From a virus, in the IMG/VR virus record IMGVR_UViG_3300002835_000070, positions 1 through 64,000 of that record: 64,000 bases of DNA; one strand, written 5' to 3'. Under the pieces are notes generated by a model, which was not told where the DNA came from, made no database searches, and was given only the letters and a program-made list of their open reading frames with translations. Shown piece after piece: positions 1-9,886 of this stretch. The first letter of the stretch is position 1. Every line of letters begins with the position of its first letter. Position numbers and translations under genes: made by a program.

Positions 1-405
1 CATCTTAAAATTAAAAATACAAGAAATGATTTCACTCACAAAATCTCAATTCAATATGTCAAAGAAAATTCGTTGATTGTAGTTGAAGATTTGAAAGTTA
101 AGAATATGATTAAATTTGGTCATCTATCAAAGCACATAGCCGATGTTAGTTGGTCTGATTTTTTCAATAAACTTGAATACAAATCTAAAATGTATGATAA
201 AACTTTTGTCAAAATTAACCCAAAATACACATCTCAAAAATGTAATTCTTGTGGTCATATTGCAAAAGAAAATCGCTTAAATCAATCTAAATTCGAGTGT
301 GTAAGTTGCGGTCATAAAGACAATGCTGATTCCAATGCGAGTAAAAATATATTAGCGGAGGGCATCCGCTTAACACGCCAACGTGATGCAGTAGTATGTG
401 CGTAG
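1..405 (+). CDS. tnpB: TnpB (IS200/IS605-family RNA-guided nuclease), C-terminal part; 5' end lies outside the window
   Basis: Frame open from base 1. RuvC-II motif IVVEDL, Zn ribbon (YTSQKCNSCG...FECVSCG) and RuvC-III-like NADSNASKNI. Confidence 0.92.
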   Translation, partial: HLKIKNTRNDFTHKISIQYVKENSLIVVEDLKVKNMIKFGHLSKHIADVSWSDFFNKLEYKSKMYDKTFVKINPKYTSQKCNSCGHIAKENRLNQSKFECVSCGHKDNADSNASKNILAEGIRLTRQRDAVVCA

Positions 406-445
406 TGTTTAGAACCTCGCTTCATTTATGGGCGAGAGTATGTCA
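1..445 (+). mobile_element. IS200/IS605-family element, right end (omegaRNA scaffold region)
   Basis: The tnpB 3' end is followed by a subterminal hairpin CTCGC(416-420)...GCGAG(432-436) and a terminal TGTCA (441-445). Confidence 0.7.
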
Positions 446-614
446 GTTTAGTGAGGTTTTGTCTTCCAAGACCAAAAAAGCTACAAAACACGAAATTCAG
501 TATAAGATTTTGAATTTTCTTTCAGAAAAGGGAAATAAAATGTTTGTTGAATTTTACAACGACACTTTTTCAAGTAAAAACTTTGAAGAAGCATTAAAAA
601 TTTTAAATATTTAA
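446..614 (+). pseudogene. Probable 3' remnant of the gene interrupted by the IS element
   Basis: Open frame FSEVLSSK...LKILNI begins right after the IS end, has no start codon at the junction and stops 4 nt before the next gene. Confidence 0.5.
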
Positions 615-618
615 TAAA

Positions 619-846
619 ATGCAAAAAATTCAGGTAGAAGTAACCAAGTTATACAAAATACTTCTTGACAGGAGTATGACCCAAAAAGACTTACATAACT
701 TGATAATGGATGCCAATGACGGAAAATCCGTTTCAATGTACATTTTAAACGAGATTGTAAATGGCAAAAGAAAAAACTACACCATTAGTACCGCCATATT
801 AATTTGCAATGCTCTTAACGTTCCTATTGACGATATAGTTGACTAA
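619..846 (+). CDS. XRE/Cro-like HTH transcriptional regulator
   Basis: LLDRSMTQKDL...LNEIVNGKRKNYTISTAILICNALNVPIDDIV matches the HTH_XRE pattern. Confidence 0.85.
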   Translation: MQKIQVEVTKLYKILLDRSMTQKDLHNLIMDANDGKSVSMYILNEIVNGKRKNYTISTAILICNALNVPIDDIVD

Positions 847-1562
847 TGGAAGTAATCGAGTTCATCAACGATTTAAGAAAGATGGGTGGTCAATATTATA
901 ATATTTGGCTTCCTATTATTTTGCAGTTTCAAAAAGACGAACCTGTTATTATTAGATTGAATGTATCTTGTAATGTACCTAAAACTACTTACCATAGAAT
1001 TATAAAATACGGTGTTTCTATTTTTCCAAAACATTTCAGTTTTTACATTTTGACTAAAAACCATAGCGTTTTAAATTTGTCAAAAAAAGAGGTTTTAATT
1101 GAAGATTTTTCACAAATTAAAACACAACCGAAAGAAGCCGTAATTTTAGTTCAGGAACAAGTAGTTGAAATTATTGAGCCAACCATACAAACTCCAAAAG
1201 CAACAAGAAAAAAAGCGCAGGAGGTTTCATATTCAAACGAAGTTTATGAATCGATAATTGACTGCTTAAATCAGTCAACAGGAAAGAACTATAAGCATAA
1301 CTCTATAATCAACAGAAAATTCATTACATCAAGACTAAACGAGGGTTTTACCGTTGATGATTTTAAAAGAGTTATCGAAGTAAAAAGCATTAATTGGTTG
1401 GGTAGTAAAATGGAACAATTTTTAAGACCTGAAACCTTATTCTCTAACAAGTTTGAATCGTATCTAAATGAAAATGTAGTTTCAAATACACCAAACTCTA
1501 ATTTAAAAAATACTTATGACCAAGTTAGTATCGCAAACGAATTCTACAATAATCAAGGATAA
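846..1562 (+). CDS. Phage replication initiator-like protein with conserved phage C-terminal domain (Phg_2220_C type)
   Basis: LNQSTGKNY...RLNEGFTVDDFKRVI...W...FLRPETLFSNKFESYLN motif. Confidence 0.85.
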   Translation: MEVIEFINDLRKMGGQYYNIWLPIILQFQKDEPVIIRLNVSCNVPKTTYHRIIKYGVSIFPKHFSFYILTKNHSVLNLSKKEVLIEDFSQIKTQPKEAVILVQEQVVEIIEPTIQTPKATRKKAQEVSYSNEVYESIIDCLNQSTGKNYKHNSIINRKFITSRLNEGFTVDDFKRVIEVKSINWLGSKMEQFLRPETLFSNKFESYLNENVVSNTPNSNLKNTYDQVSIANEFYNNQG

Positions 1563-2358
1563 TGTTGTTCTTGGTAGTTTGCCAAACACAAACTCAAACG
1601 ACATTCTTCTTTATAACAAGAAACAGACTGAAAGAAAACTAAAGGAAATCAGTGATTCTGATAAAGCAGAAAAGATTGAAATAACAAAGACTATTGCTCA
1701 ATGGGGTTATGCTTTGGGAATAACGGTAATTGCTCAAGACTTAATCACGTTAAATAACTTTATAAGAGAAAATTTTCCAAATCTAAATATTTTTGATTTA
1801 AAGGTTTGTGTTAAACTTGTTTCTGTTGATTCTGAATTGCTTGAAACAGATGCCGAGCATTATGGTAAACTTACTATGATTTATGTTTCTAAAGTATTAA
1901 AAGCGTATGAGAGATACAGAAGCGGTATTTGTATTGGTGTCCAAGAAAAAGTAACCAAATTTACTGAAGAAAATAAGCCTCCTATGTCAAAAGAGGAAAG
2001 GCTAAAAAACTTTAAAGAACTTTTGACCGATGCAAAACAAACAAGGGTAAAAGGCGAGATTTACGAAGATTTAGGGGAGGTAATTTACAACTTTATTAGG
2101 CACAACAAACTTATTAAAATCGACAAGGTTTTAATTGACGAAGCAATGGAGTATGGAGAAAAAGCCTTTAAGAACTCAATGAGTGATTTCAAGCGTGGAA
2201 ACCTTAAAAAATTGGTTAATGATGTTTCTTTTACTTCTACTAAAAAAGAGGATATGGTTAAGCGTGATGCGAGAAGATATGTATCAAATTTTTGGGTAGA
2301 AAAGATGAACTTGGAACTGATGTTAAAAAATTTAACCTATGAAATGCTTTTATATTAG
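1516..2358 (+). CDS. Hypothetical protein (possibly replication-associated)
   Basis: 280-aa ORF overlapping the initiator gene; function suggested by position only. Confidence 0.6.
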   Translation: MTKLVSQTNSTIIKDNVVLGSLPNTNSNDILLYNKKQTERKLKEISDSDKAEKIEITKTIAQWGYALGITVIAQDLITLNNFIRENFPNLNIFDLKVCVKLVSVDSELLETDAEHYGKLTMIYVSKVLKAYERYRSGICIGVQEKVTKFTEENKPPMSKEERLKNFKELLTDAKQTRVKGEIYEDLGEVIYNFIRHNKLIKIDKVLIDEAMEYGEKAFKNSMSDFKRGNLKKLVNDVSFTSTKKEDMVKRDARRYVSNFWVEKMNLELMLKNLTYEMLLY

Positions 2359-2395
2359 AAATAATATTTATTTTTACAAACAATAACATTTAATT

Positions 2396-2704
2396 ATGGT
2401 TTGTAAAGGTGTAATATTAGACTTAATTCCTGTAACTGATACAGTTATGCAGGTGGTAATTCGGGTAAAAAAGAGTGATTCTTATTTCCCTCTTGCCTTT
2501 ACGGCTTATTTGGAAATAAAGGTTCTTATTCAGCAAATAAAAATTGAAAAAGGCGATACTGTAAAGATTGATTACTACATTAAATCTAAAAAATGGCAAG
2601 ACAAATACTTTACAAGTGCGGTCATTGAAAAAATAAAAATAATTGTCAAAAAACCATCTCAACAATTAATTGTTGATTTGTCCACAGGAGAAATAATAGG
2701 TTAA
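2396..2704 (+). CDS. DUF3127-like OB-fold protein (putative SSB paralogue)
   Basis: GDTVKIDYYIKSKKWQDKYFTS resembles the DUF3127 C-terminal strands of 2990-3289. Confidence 0.6.
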   Translation: MVCKGVILDLIPVTDTVMQVVIRVKKSDSYFPLAFTAYLEIKVLIQQIKIEKGDTVKIDYYIKSKKWQDKYFTSAVIEKIKIIVKKPSQQLIVDLSTGEIIG

Positions 2705-2715
2705 AAACGATAAAT

Positions 2716-2979
2716 ATGTCAGGATTTGAATTTTTAAAAGCAATTGGTAGATTGTCGGTTTTTGGGCTTTACCCTGAAAATAAATCAGCAACGGTAAAGA
2801 TTTTTCAACAAAGGGTAAACACTTGCTATTCCTGTGAATTTTGTCAAACAGTAAAATCCCCGTTCAAAGAAGTTTATTTCAAAGACAATTGCATAAAAGG
2901 CGTTCCAAATTCAGAAAACTTCGATATATACGATTACGCAAAGCAAGAGAAAAACAAGTGTCCAATTAACAAATGGTAA
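2716..2979 (+). CDS. Small Cys-rich hypothetical protein
   Basis: RxxxCxxC...C...CPxxKW pattern typical of small phage Zn-binding proteins. Confidence 0.65.
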   Translation: MSGFEFLKAIGRLSVFGLYPENKSATVKIFQQRVNTCYSCEFCQTVKSPFKEVYFKDNCIKGVPNSENFDIYDYAKQEKNKCPINKW

Positions 2980-2989
2980 ATAATTAAAA

Positions 2990-3289
2990 ATGGAAATAGC
3001 AGGAAAAATTAAAGTCATAAACCCGATTAAAGAGGTTTCTGATAGTTTTAAAAAAAGAGAGTTAGTTGTAACTACTCAAGAACAATATCCACAACATATC
3101 TTAATAGATTTTATTCAAGAAAAATGTTCTGTACTTGATAACTTCAATGTTGGGGATGATGTAAATGTTTCAATAAATGTTAGAGGCAAGGAATACACTA
3201 ACAAAAATGGAGAGGTAAGCTATTTTAATCAACTGCAAGGTTGGAAAATTGAAAAAACAGGTTCGGCAATACCGCCTGAACATCAATAA
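2990..3289 (+). CDS. DUF3127 family single-stranded DNA-binding protein
   Basis: MEIAGKI...FKKRELVV...QYPQHILIDF...GDDVNVSINVRGKE...YFNQLQGWKIE. Confidence 0.9.
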   Translation: MEIAGKIKVINPIKEVSDSFKKRELVVTTQEQYPQHILIDFIQEKCSVLDNFNVGDDVNVSINVRGKEYTNKNGEVSYFNQLQGWKIEKTGSAIPPEHQ

Positions 3290-3291
3290 AT

Positions 3292-3537
3292 ATGTCGAAA
3301 CAATTAATTAGAGTTCAGGTTTCTTCGCCTGTTGAAAGCGAAAAATCAATTGGAGTATTGGTAGATTTATTATTTGATGAAAACGGTAGAAATACTTCGG
3401 CAAGTAATTTAAAGTGGTTTCCAAAGAGCCTTTGTTCTATTGAGAGAATAGAGCCTATTGACCCTAAAAAAGAATTGCCGTCATATTTTTTGACTGCGCC
3501 AAAATGGATTATTGATAAAAACATTAATACTAAATAA
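3292..3537 (+). CDS. Hypothetical protein
   Basis: ORF packed in the operon. Confidence 0.6.
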   Translation: MSKQLIRVQVSSPVESEKSIGVLVDLLFDENGRNTSASNLKWFPKSLCSIERIEPIDPKKELPSYFLTAPKWIIDKNINTK

Positions 3538-3539
3538 AT

Positions 3540-3845
3540 ATGAGTTTTAGCATAGGAGATAAGATTGTATGTATTGATTCGTCAATGCGACCTGAAGCAA
3601 TTGAAGAACTTAAAAGAACAGTGCCTAATTGGATTGTGCAAGACGAAAAGTACACCATAAGAGGTTTTCAAGACAACGATGGAATAGCGTTAGGTATATT
3701 ACTCGAAGAGGTTACAAATCCGCTTATTTACATTCCCTTGTTAGGGAGAGTTCAAGAACCCGCTTTCGCTGAATGGAGGTTTAGAAAATTAGCCCCAAAC
3801 GAAAGTATGGTGGAAGTAGTTCAAGAAGTATTAGAAATGGTTTAA
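3540..3845 (+). CDS. Hypothetical phage protein (SH3/KOW-like N-terminus)
   Basis: FSIGDKIVCID start; operon packing. Confidence 0.6.
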   Translation: MSFSIGDKIVCIDSSMRPEAIEELKRTVPNWIVQDEKYTIRGFQDNDGIALGILLEEVTNPLIYIPLLGRVQEPAFAEWRFRKLAPNESMVEVVQEVLEMV

Positions 3846-3869
3846 TGTAGTTGAAATAAAAAAATATCT

Positions 3870-3877
3870 TATATTTG
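3870..3877 (+). promoter_or_regulatory. Bacteroidota sigma-A -7 promoter element
   Basis: TATATTTG (TAnnTTTG consensus) in the gap upstream of the glycosyltransferase cluster. Confidence 0.6.
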
Positions 3878-3946
3878 TTTTTTCAAATTAAAATTTTTGA
3901 AATACAACCAATTAACAAATTAAATTAACAACAAAAAAAAGTACAA

Positions 3947-4573
3947 ATGAAACTTATTATCGGAATACCAACAATTAACAGAGCCGACCTTTTAAATGAA
4001 GCGTTGGCTAAATATTTTGAAGATTTTAAAGAAACTGAAATTTTCATAGTAGATAATGGAAATCAAGAAATTATCACAAGAGAGAAGAATTTTGCAATTT
4101 ATCGTCCCGAAAGTAACCTTAATGTTTCGGGTAGTTGGAACTTGATTATGGATTATGCTAAAAAAGTAAATGCTACTCACGTTCTGATGCTTAATGATGA
4201 TGTTTATTTAGGTAAAGCGGAATTAGAAATCCAAACTATTTTAAGGCTTTGGAAAGACGTTCCTTTTTTTAATTCAGAAATGAATTGGTGTAGTTTTATT
4301 ATGTCGCTTGATGGATTTGAAAAAGCAGGTAAATTTGATGAAAATCTATTCCCAAATTACTTTAACGATAACGATATGTTTTACCGTATGGGATTATTAA
4401 ATATGGATATGGTTTATACCGCTATGCTAAACCCTGTGGTTTATAGAAATAGTATGACAATTGCCAAAGACCCCACATTAAATACAAGGTTTTTAGAATA
4501 CCGTCAAAACTACATAAATAAATGGGGAGGAGAACCTGCTCAAGAAACTTTTGGAACTCCTTTCAATCAATAA
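3947..4573 (+). CDS. Glycosyltransferase family 2
   Basis: IGIPTINR, IVDNG, LMLNDD, FDENLFPNYFNDND (GT-A motifs). Confidence 0.9.
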   Translation: MKLIIGIPTINRADLLNEALAKYFEDFKETEIFIVDNGNQEIITREKNFAIYRPESNLNVSGSWNLIMDYAKKVNATHVLMLNDDVYLGKAELEIQTILRLWKDVPFFNSEMNWCSFIMSLDGFEKAGKFDENLFPNYFNDNDMFYRMGLLNMDMVYTAMLNPVVYRNSMTIAKDPTLNTRFLEYRQNYINKWGGEPAQETFGTPFNQ

Positions 4574-4576
4574 TCA

Positions 4577-5284
4577 ATGAAAATCGATTCAAATAAGGCA
4601 ACTTGTGTGATTCCTTTTTATAATGAAAACACGAGAACAATTGTTGATATAATCATTACATTGTTAAACGTTGAAGAGATAGACAAAATAGTAATTGTTG
4701 ATGATGGTTCAGTATCAAAAAAAACGTTTAATTTCTTAAAAAATAAGTGTTCTGAAAATAAAAATATAACGGTGTTAAGACTTGCAAAAAACTATGGCAA
4801 ATCATTTGCCGTTAGATTTGGATTGACTTTTACAAGCAATGAGAATATATTTTTATTAGATGCTGATTTAAAGAATCTTGACCAAGAAGAAATTAGTGAA
4901 AGCATTAATAAATTCGTATTGCTTAATTTAGAAATGTTGATTTTAAGACGAGTAAATTCTTTGCCTTTAGTAAAACTTATAAGGGCTGACACGCTTCTAT
5001 CAGGCGAAAGGATAATTAAGAAAAGTCATTTAAAAAAAATATTGATGTCAGGTGTAGATGGTTATGAGTTAGAAGTTGCTACAAACCAATATTTTATAGA
5101 TAATAAATTGCAACACAAGTGCTTTTGGTCGCCAAGTTCTGCGTTAAATAACTATAAATTCAGGAAATTAAAATTTTTAAAAGGTATTCTCAAAGATTTG
5201 AAAATGTACTGTAACTTGATTAAATATATTGGAATCAGAAACTACTTCAATCAAGTTTTTAATTTCTGTAAAATTAACGTATAA
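4577..5284 (+). CDS. Glycosyltransferase family 2
   Basis: VIPFYNE, IVDDGS, NYGKSFAV, LLDADL. Confidence 0.92.
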   Translation: MKIDSNKATCVIPFYNENTRTIVDIIITLLNVEEIDKIVIVDDGSVSKKTFNFLKNKCSENKNITVLRLAKNYGKSFAVRFGLTFTSNENIFLLDADLKNLDQEEISESINKFVLLNLEMLILRRVNSLPLVKLIRADTLLSGERIIKKSHLKKILMSGVDGYELEVATNQYFIDNKLQHKCFWSPSSALNNYKFRKLKFLKGILKDLKMYCNLIKYIGIRNYFNQVFNFCKINV

Positions 5285-5290
5285 AAAAAT

Positions 5291-6001
5291 ATGGAGCAAA
5301 ACAATCACAAAAAGGTATGTGTAATTTTACACCTTTACTATATTGATTTATGGGGTTATTTCCTGCCTTACTTGAAAGGAATTGATACTGACATTGATTT
5401 GTATGTTACAATAACGGATGGTCATTCAGGGGCGTTTACAGATATTATCGATGCGGTTAGTTCAGAGTTTCCGCAATCTTATATTTACTCATTGCCAAAC
5501 AGAGGAATGGACGTAGCACCATTTCTGTATGTTATGAATGAAATATTCTTGAGCAAAAAAACTTACGATGTAATGATTAAACTCCATAGCAAGAAAAGTT
5601 TGGCTCACGGATTTGAACTTGGAGAGCGTTGGAGAAATCAACTAACAGATGCCTTGTTAGGTTCGCTCCCAAAATTACAAAATGGATATTTTTCTTGTGT
5701 AGGTTCTAATCACACTATGGTCGGTAGTTCTGCTTGGATTCAAAATCAAAACGTATTAGGGTATGAGCAACAGTTCCTCAAAGAAGAAATAACTTTTAAT
5801 GAATACGAATTTGTTGCAGGAACAATGTTTATGGCTAATTTTAATTTGATTATGGATTGGTTTGTATCAAATAGTATTTACGATAGATTTTACAAAGAAT
5901 TTCAAGACGGCTACATTGGGGACGGTTCAATAGCGCATCAACTTGAGAGGGTATTAGGTTGCTTGGTAAAAGTAAAAGGAAAGAAAATTTTAAGAGCGTG
6001 A
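5291..6001 (+). CDS. Rhamnan synthesis F (RgpF)-like protein
   Basis: HLYYIDLW, NRGMDVAPF, KLHSKKS, FVAGTMF, AHQLER motifs. Confidence 0.85.
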   Translation: MEQNNHKKVCVILHLYYIDLWGYFLPYLKGIDTDIDLYVTITDGHSGAFTDIIDAVSSEFPQSYIYSLPNRGMDVAPFLYVMNEIFLSKKTYDVMIKLHSKKSLAHGFELGERWRNQLTDALLGSLPKLQNGYFSCVGSNHTMVGSSAWIQNQNVLGYEQQFLKEEITFNEYEFVAGTMFMANFNLIMDWFVSNSIYDRFYKEFQDGYIGDGSIAHQLERVLGCLVKVKGKKILRA

Positions 6002-6222
6002 TGAAAAACAAAAAAATAACAAAGGAAGTTCGTTTAAATTTTAGCGATTTATGTGCAGTTAAAAAAGTAAGATGCCCTTATTATGGTTGTAGTGGAGAGT
6101 TTAAAGTTAAAAACCCCAAAAAAAAAGACATTGGTTCTTTTTATCAATTTCCTTGTTCTTGCGATACGGTATTTACTATATTTTATGATGTAGATTTATA
6201 TCCAAATATAGAAGCGAAATAA
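6001..6222 (+). CDS. Small Zn-finger-like hypothetical protein
   Basis: CPYYGC...CSC; ATG at 6001 overlaps the upstream stop. Confidence 0.5.
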   Translation: MKNKKITKEVRLNFSDLCAVKKVRCPYYGCSGEFKVKNPKKKDIGSFYQFPCSCDTVFTIFYDVDLYPNIEAK

Positions 6223-6259
6223 ATTATAAAAAAACCAAAAAATTTTAAGAGCATAGATT

Positions 6260-6637
6260 ATGGATTTAGAAGAAAGAATTGAGGAGTACACTAAAAAGCA
6301 AAAAGAGGCTCAAGGAACGGTAGATTTTTACAAAGTGCATATTGAGGCACTTTCAAAATTAACACAACCTACAACTGATGACTTTTACGCTAATTTACCA
6401 ACTGAAAAATATTATACTGCGGAGTTTGAAGAAAAGAAGTATGAGTTTATTTTAGGCGGGGACGGAAGAAGTTCTGCTTGGAGCGAGTGGCGAGAGGGTT
6501 GTGTTTTGGTAGTTAAAGTTAAAGAGGGTTATTATCTCACAAACGAATTAATATTGGCACTCACTAACTATATAAAAGAAAAATACAAAGGTCAATACAG
6601 TCACTTGGAAAGACACTTCATTGATATTAAACTATAA
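6260..6637 (+). CDS. Hypothetical protein
   Basis: 125-aa ORF with A-rich leader. Confidence 0.6.
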   Translation: MDLEERIEEYTKKQKEAQGTVDFYKVHIEALSKLTQPTTDDFYANLPTEKYYTAEFEEKKYEFILGGDGRSSAWSEWREGCVLVVKVKEGYYLTNELILALTNYIKEKYKGQYSHLERHFIDIKL

Positions 6638-6649
6638 ATAAATTCAAAT

Positions 6650-7174
6650 ATGAAAAAAAAATCAGTTATTTTAAGGCAACCATATATTGTAAATATTGAA
6701 AATACAACTAAAGATAAAATTGAAAATATTACTCTTTTTTTTAGTTACAGTTCATTAAATAAAAAGTTTAATCCCGATGGTAATTTAGAAGAAAACGGAT
6801 TGATAATATCGTCAATAAAAGACGTTTCTTATAAACAAATTTTAGAACATACACATTGGAATAAAATTAGAATTGGATTAACTTCAATTACAAGCGAAAC
6901 TGAAAATAATAATAGAAATTCCATACAATATAAATACTACGGAACAAATGGTCATTTCTTTAGTAAAACATTAATTTTATTAAGTGAAGATTTTTCAATT
7001 AATTCTGAAAATTCTCAACCTTATGTTGTTGATGGTTCTGTTGCTTTAATATTAAATTCTATCGAACCAAATTCAAAATTAACATTAAGATTTTACCCAA
7101 GAGATATGGAAGAGTGTAACGATTCTTTAGTTATTCAAAATACAGTAGATAAACTAATTAATAGAGAAATTTAA
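6650..7174 (+). CDS. Divergent paralogue of the candidate major capsid domain
   Basis: QPYIVNIENT...SYKQIL...IGLT...YVVDG...LRFYP aligns by eye with 59233-59928. Confidence 0.75.
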   Translation: MKKKSVILRQPYIVNIENTTKDKIENITLFFSYSSLNKKFNPDGNLEENGLIISSIKDVSYKQILEHTHWNKIRIGLTSITSETENNNRNSIQYKYYGTNGHFFSKTLILLSEDFSINSENSQPYVVDGSVALILNSIEPNSKLTLRFYPRDMEECNDSLVIQNTVDKLINREI

Positions 7175-7175
7175 A

Positions 7176-7844
7176 ATGGCACAGGGAGTACATCAAATTA
7201 CTGCTGATTTCGAGAAAGAATTAGCAAAATACACGGGCGCACCTTATGTGCTTTGCGTAGATAATCAAAGCAACGCATTATTTATGTGTTTGTATTATTG
7301 GATTCAAAAAAGAAAAAAAGAGTATAAAAAAGACTTTGATTATGTTGAGATAATTGACGTTCCTCAACGAACATATCCCTCTGTACCTTGCGAAGTAATT
7401 CACGCAGGGGCAGAGGTTAATTTCACAAAAGTAGATGGCGAAACAATTAAGGGTGCTTATCAATTAAGTCCAAGTAATGTTTGGGATTCGGCTTTGAGAT
7501 TTACGGCAGATATGTACATTCCCGATTCAATGATGTGTATTTCATTCACGGGGGCTTACAAGCATTTTAAACTGTCAAAAGGCGGTGCAATACTATTAGA
7601 TGATTTAGATGCCTACAATTGGCTGAAAAAAGCCCGTTTTAGCGGAAGAAGCGAATGTAGCTACCACGAAGATAACTTTGACGACAACCCTGTTATTGGT
7701 TGGAACTTCTATATGATGCCTGAACTTTCGGCAAGAGGAATGTTATTGATTAATCAATTTTATAACTCTGACGGAAGTAAAAAGCATAACGAGGATTTGG
7801 AATTACCATATCCTGATTTAAGTAAATTTAAAATTTGGAAATAA
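7176..7844 (+). CDS. DegT/DnrJ/EryC1/StrS-like PLP-dependent sugar aminotransferase (short form)
   Basis: FEKELAKYTGAPY, TYPSVP, WDSA, SFTGAYKH...KGGAIL, GWNFYM. Confidence 0.85.
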   Translation: MAQGVHQITADFEKELAKYTGAPYVLCVDNQSNALFMCLYYWIQKRKKEYKKDFDYVEIIDVPQRTYPSVPCEVIHAGAEVNFTKVDGETIKGAYQLSPSNVWDSALRFTADMYIPDSMMCISFTGAYKHFKLSKGGAILLDDLDAYNWLKKARFSGRSECSYHEDNFDDNPVIGWNFYMMPELSARGMLLINQFYNSDGSKKHNEDLELPYPDLSKFKIWK

Positions 7845-8482
7845 TGCAAGAAGAAAATTCAGAAAAAAAAGACGTAAAAAAAAGAGCGTCTAAAATAACT
7901 GATTCAAAAAAAGAAGAAGTAAATTTAAAGAGCATATTATCTGAAAACGAAAATTTAAAGACAGAAATAAGATTGCTTAAATTAAAGATTGATGCGGTAA
8001 ATGATAAATCATATATTGAGGGATTAGAAACTGAAATAAATAGTATTACAGAAAAAGTTACTGATAAAAATTTAAGATTAGAATTAAATGCACTTAAACT
8101 AAAAAATAGTGTTCTTGAAGACCCTAAACGTAATAAAAATTTGGAAATTGTAGTAAACCAACTTACTAAAGAAATTCAAGATAAAAACGAGGTTATGTCA
8201 AAACATTTAGACGAAATTAAATTTAAAGACGAAACAATATCAGGGTTTCAAAAGGCTATTCTTTTTAGAGATAAAGAAATCAAACTTTTAAAACAAACTA
8301 TAAAAGACATAAATAAAAAATATAACGATTCTGAAGAAATGTACGAGCAGGTTTCTGTTACTTTAGAGGACTGTATGCGAGATAATGATAAATTAAAACT
8401 CGACTTGATTGAAAAAAAGAAGCCGATAGTTTTTGAGTATAGATTATTTGGTTTTAAGTTTTTCACTAAAACTTCATCTTAA
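7844..8482 (+). CDS. Coiled-coil protein
   Basis: Heptad-rich K/E/L sequence; ATG overlaps the upstream TAA. Confidence 0.65.
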   Translation: MQEENSEKKDVKKRASKITDSKKEEVNLKSILSENENLKTEIRLLKLKIDAVNDKSYIEGLETEINSITEKVTDKNLRLELNALKLKNSVLEDPKRNKNLEIVVNQLTKEIQDKNEVMSKHLDEIKFKDETISGFQKAILFRDKEIKLLKQTIKDINKKYNDSEEMYEQVSVTLEDCMRDNDKLKLDLIEKKKPIVFEYRLFGFKFFTKTSS

Positions 8483-8488
8483 AAATTT

Positions 8489-9214
8489 ATGAAAAATCAC
8501 TTAATAATATTAATAGCGTATAAGCACTTTGATATAGTAAAGAGTAGCCTTGATAGTATTATTGGTTATAAAAATGCTGATGTATTTGTAGTTGAAAATA
8601 AATCTGAAAATTCTATTGAATTAGAAAATTATTTTATCACAAAAGACCTTGTAGGCTATATTCAATTTGAAACCAACATCGCAAATAGCGCAATAACTAT
8701 TTTTATTAGAGATTTTTGGGATTTAATTTCTCAATATGATTACGTTACAATTACTGATGGCGACCTTTTTATTGCGGACATAAACGAAACTTTTAAAGAG
8801 ATAATTGACGCTTTTAAAAACCCTGAAATCATCGTTAGTAGTGTTGATTTATGGCAGGGAAATAGTTATCTGAATGAGGTTAGATTATCTGAAAAAGAAT
8901 ATTTAGAAGATTCGTTAGTAAACCAAAGAGATTTTGGTGGTATTGAGGGCATAACAGGTGCGTTTTTAATAACTATTCAGAACAAGCATTTAGAAGCTAT
9001 AAGAGGTTATCTTTTTGTAGATAGTCATTTAGCTAATAAAGTAAATGAAATGCAAGGCAGGTGGTTTAAAACCAACAAAAATCTCGCATATCATTTAACT
9101 TGGGATTTATATTATGAGGGAAATGAATATTTTGAATGGAAAAAACAAGTTTTTGATAAAATATGGTTTGTTGAGAAATATTGTAATTATAAAATAATAA
9201 AATATGGAAAATAA
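8489..9214 (+). CDS. Putative GT-A fold glycosyltransferase
   Basis: VFVVENKS, DxD motif in ITDGDL, HLTW; glycan-cluster context. Confidence 0.6.
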   Translation: MKNHLIILIAYKHFDIVKSSLDSIIGYKNADVFVVENKSENSIELENYFITKDLVGYIQFETNIANSAITIFIRDFWDLISQYDYVTITDGDLFIADINETFKEIIDAFKNPEIIVSSVDLWQGNSYLNEVRLSEKEYLEDSLVNQRDFGGIEGITGAFLITIQNKHLEAIRGYLFVDSHLANKVNEMQGRWFKTNKNLAYHLTWDLYYEGNEYFEWKKQVFDKIWFVEKYCNYKIIKYGK

Positions 9215-9881
9215 TAAAAAAAGAATTTTATTATTCGGTGGTGGTAATCAAGTGCATTACACAATCGACATTATCGAAAAAGAAAATAAGTATGAGATTG
9301 TGGGTATTATTGATTCAGTTCACGAAATAGGAACTGAAAGATATGGTTACAATGTTTTAGGGAGGCAAGAAAATTTGAGTGATATTGTAAAAGAGCATAA
9401 CATAGATGCGGGAATTATAACAATTGGCGACAATTGGTCACGGTCAATCGTGTATAATGCAATTACGAAACAAATGCCGAGTTTTCAATTCGTTAATGCA
9501 ATACATCCCTCTGTAATTATTGGTAAAAATGTTGATTTGGGATTTGGAGTTGTAATGATGGCAGGGGTTATTGTAAATCCTTTGGCTAAAATTGGAAACT
9601 TTACTTTTTTTGCAACGGGTTGTCAAATTGAACACGATTGTATTATTGAAGATTACGCAAGTGTTTCTGCGGGGTCTGTAATGGGTGGATATGTTACAAT
9701 AGGTAAATTTTCAGCAATAACATTAGGGGTTACAATATTAGACAGATTAAAAATAGGCGAAAATTCAGTAATAGGTTCAGGTAGTTTAGTTTTAAAAGAT
9801 ATTCCTGATAATGTATTGGCTCACGGAAATCCAATAAACAAAATAAGAGCAAGAATAACGGGAGAAAAATTTTTAAAGTAA
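9204..9881 (+). CDS. NeuD/PglB-family sugar acetyltransferase
   Basis: GGGNQ, IGDNWSR, NAIHPS, hexapeptide repeats, IEHDC, GNP. Confidence 0.92.
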   Translation: MENNKKRILLFGGGNQVHYTIDIIEKENKYEIVGIIDSVHEIGTERYGYNVLGRQENLSDIVKEHNIDAGIITIGDNWSRSIVYNAITKQMPSFQFVNAIHPSVIIGKNVDLGFGVVMMAGVIVNPLAKIGNFTFFATGCQIEHDCIIEDYASVSAGSVMGGYVTIGKFSAITLGVTILDRLKIGENSVIGSGSLVLKDIPDNVLAHGNPINKIRARITGEKFLK

Positions 9882-9886
9882 AAATT

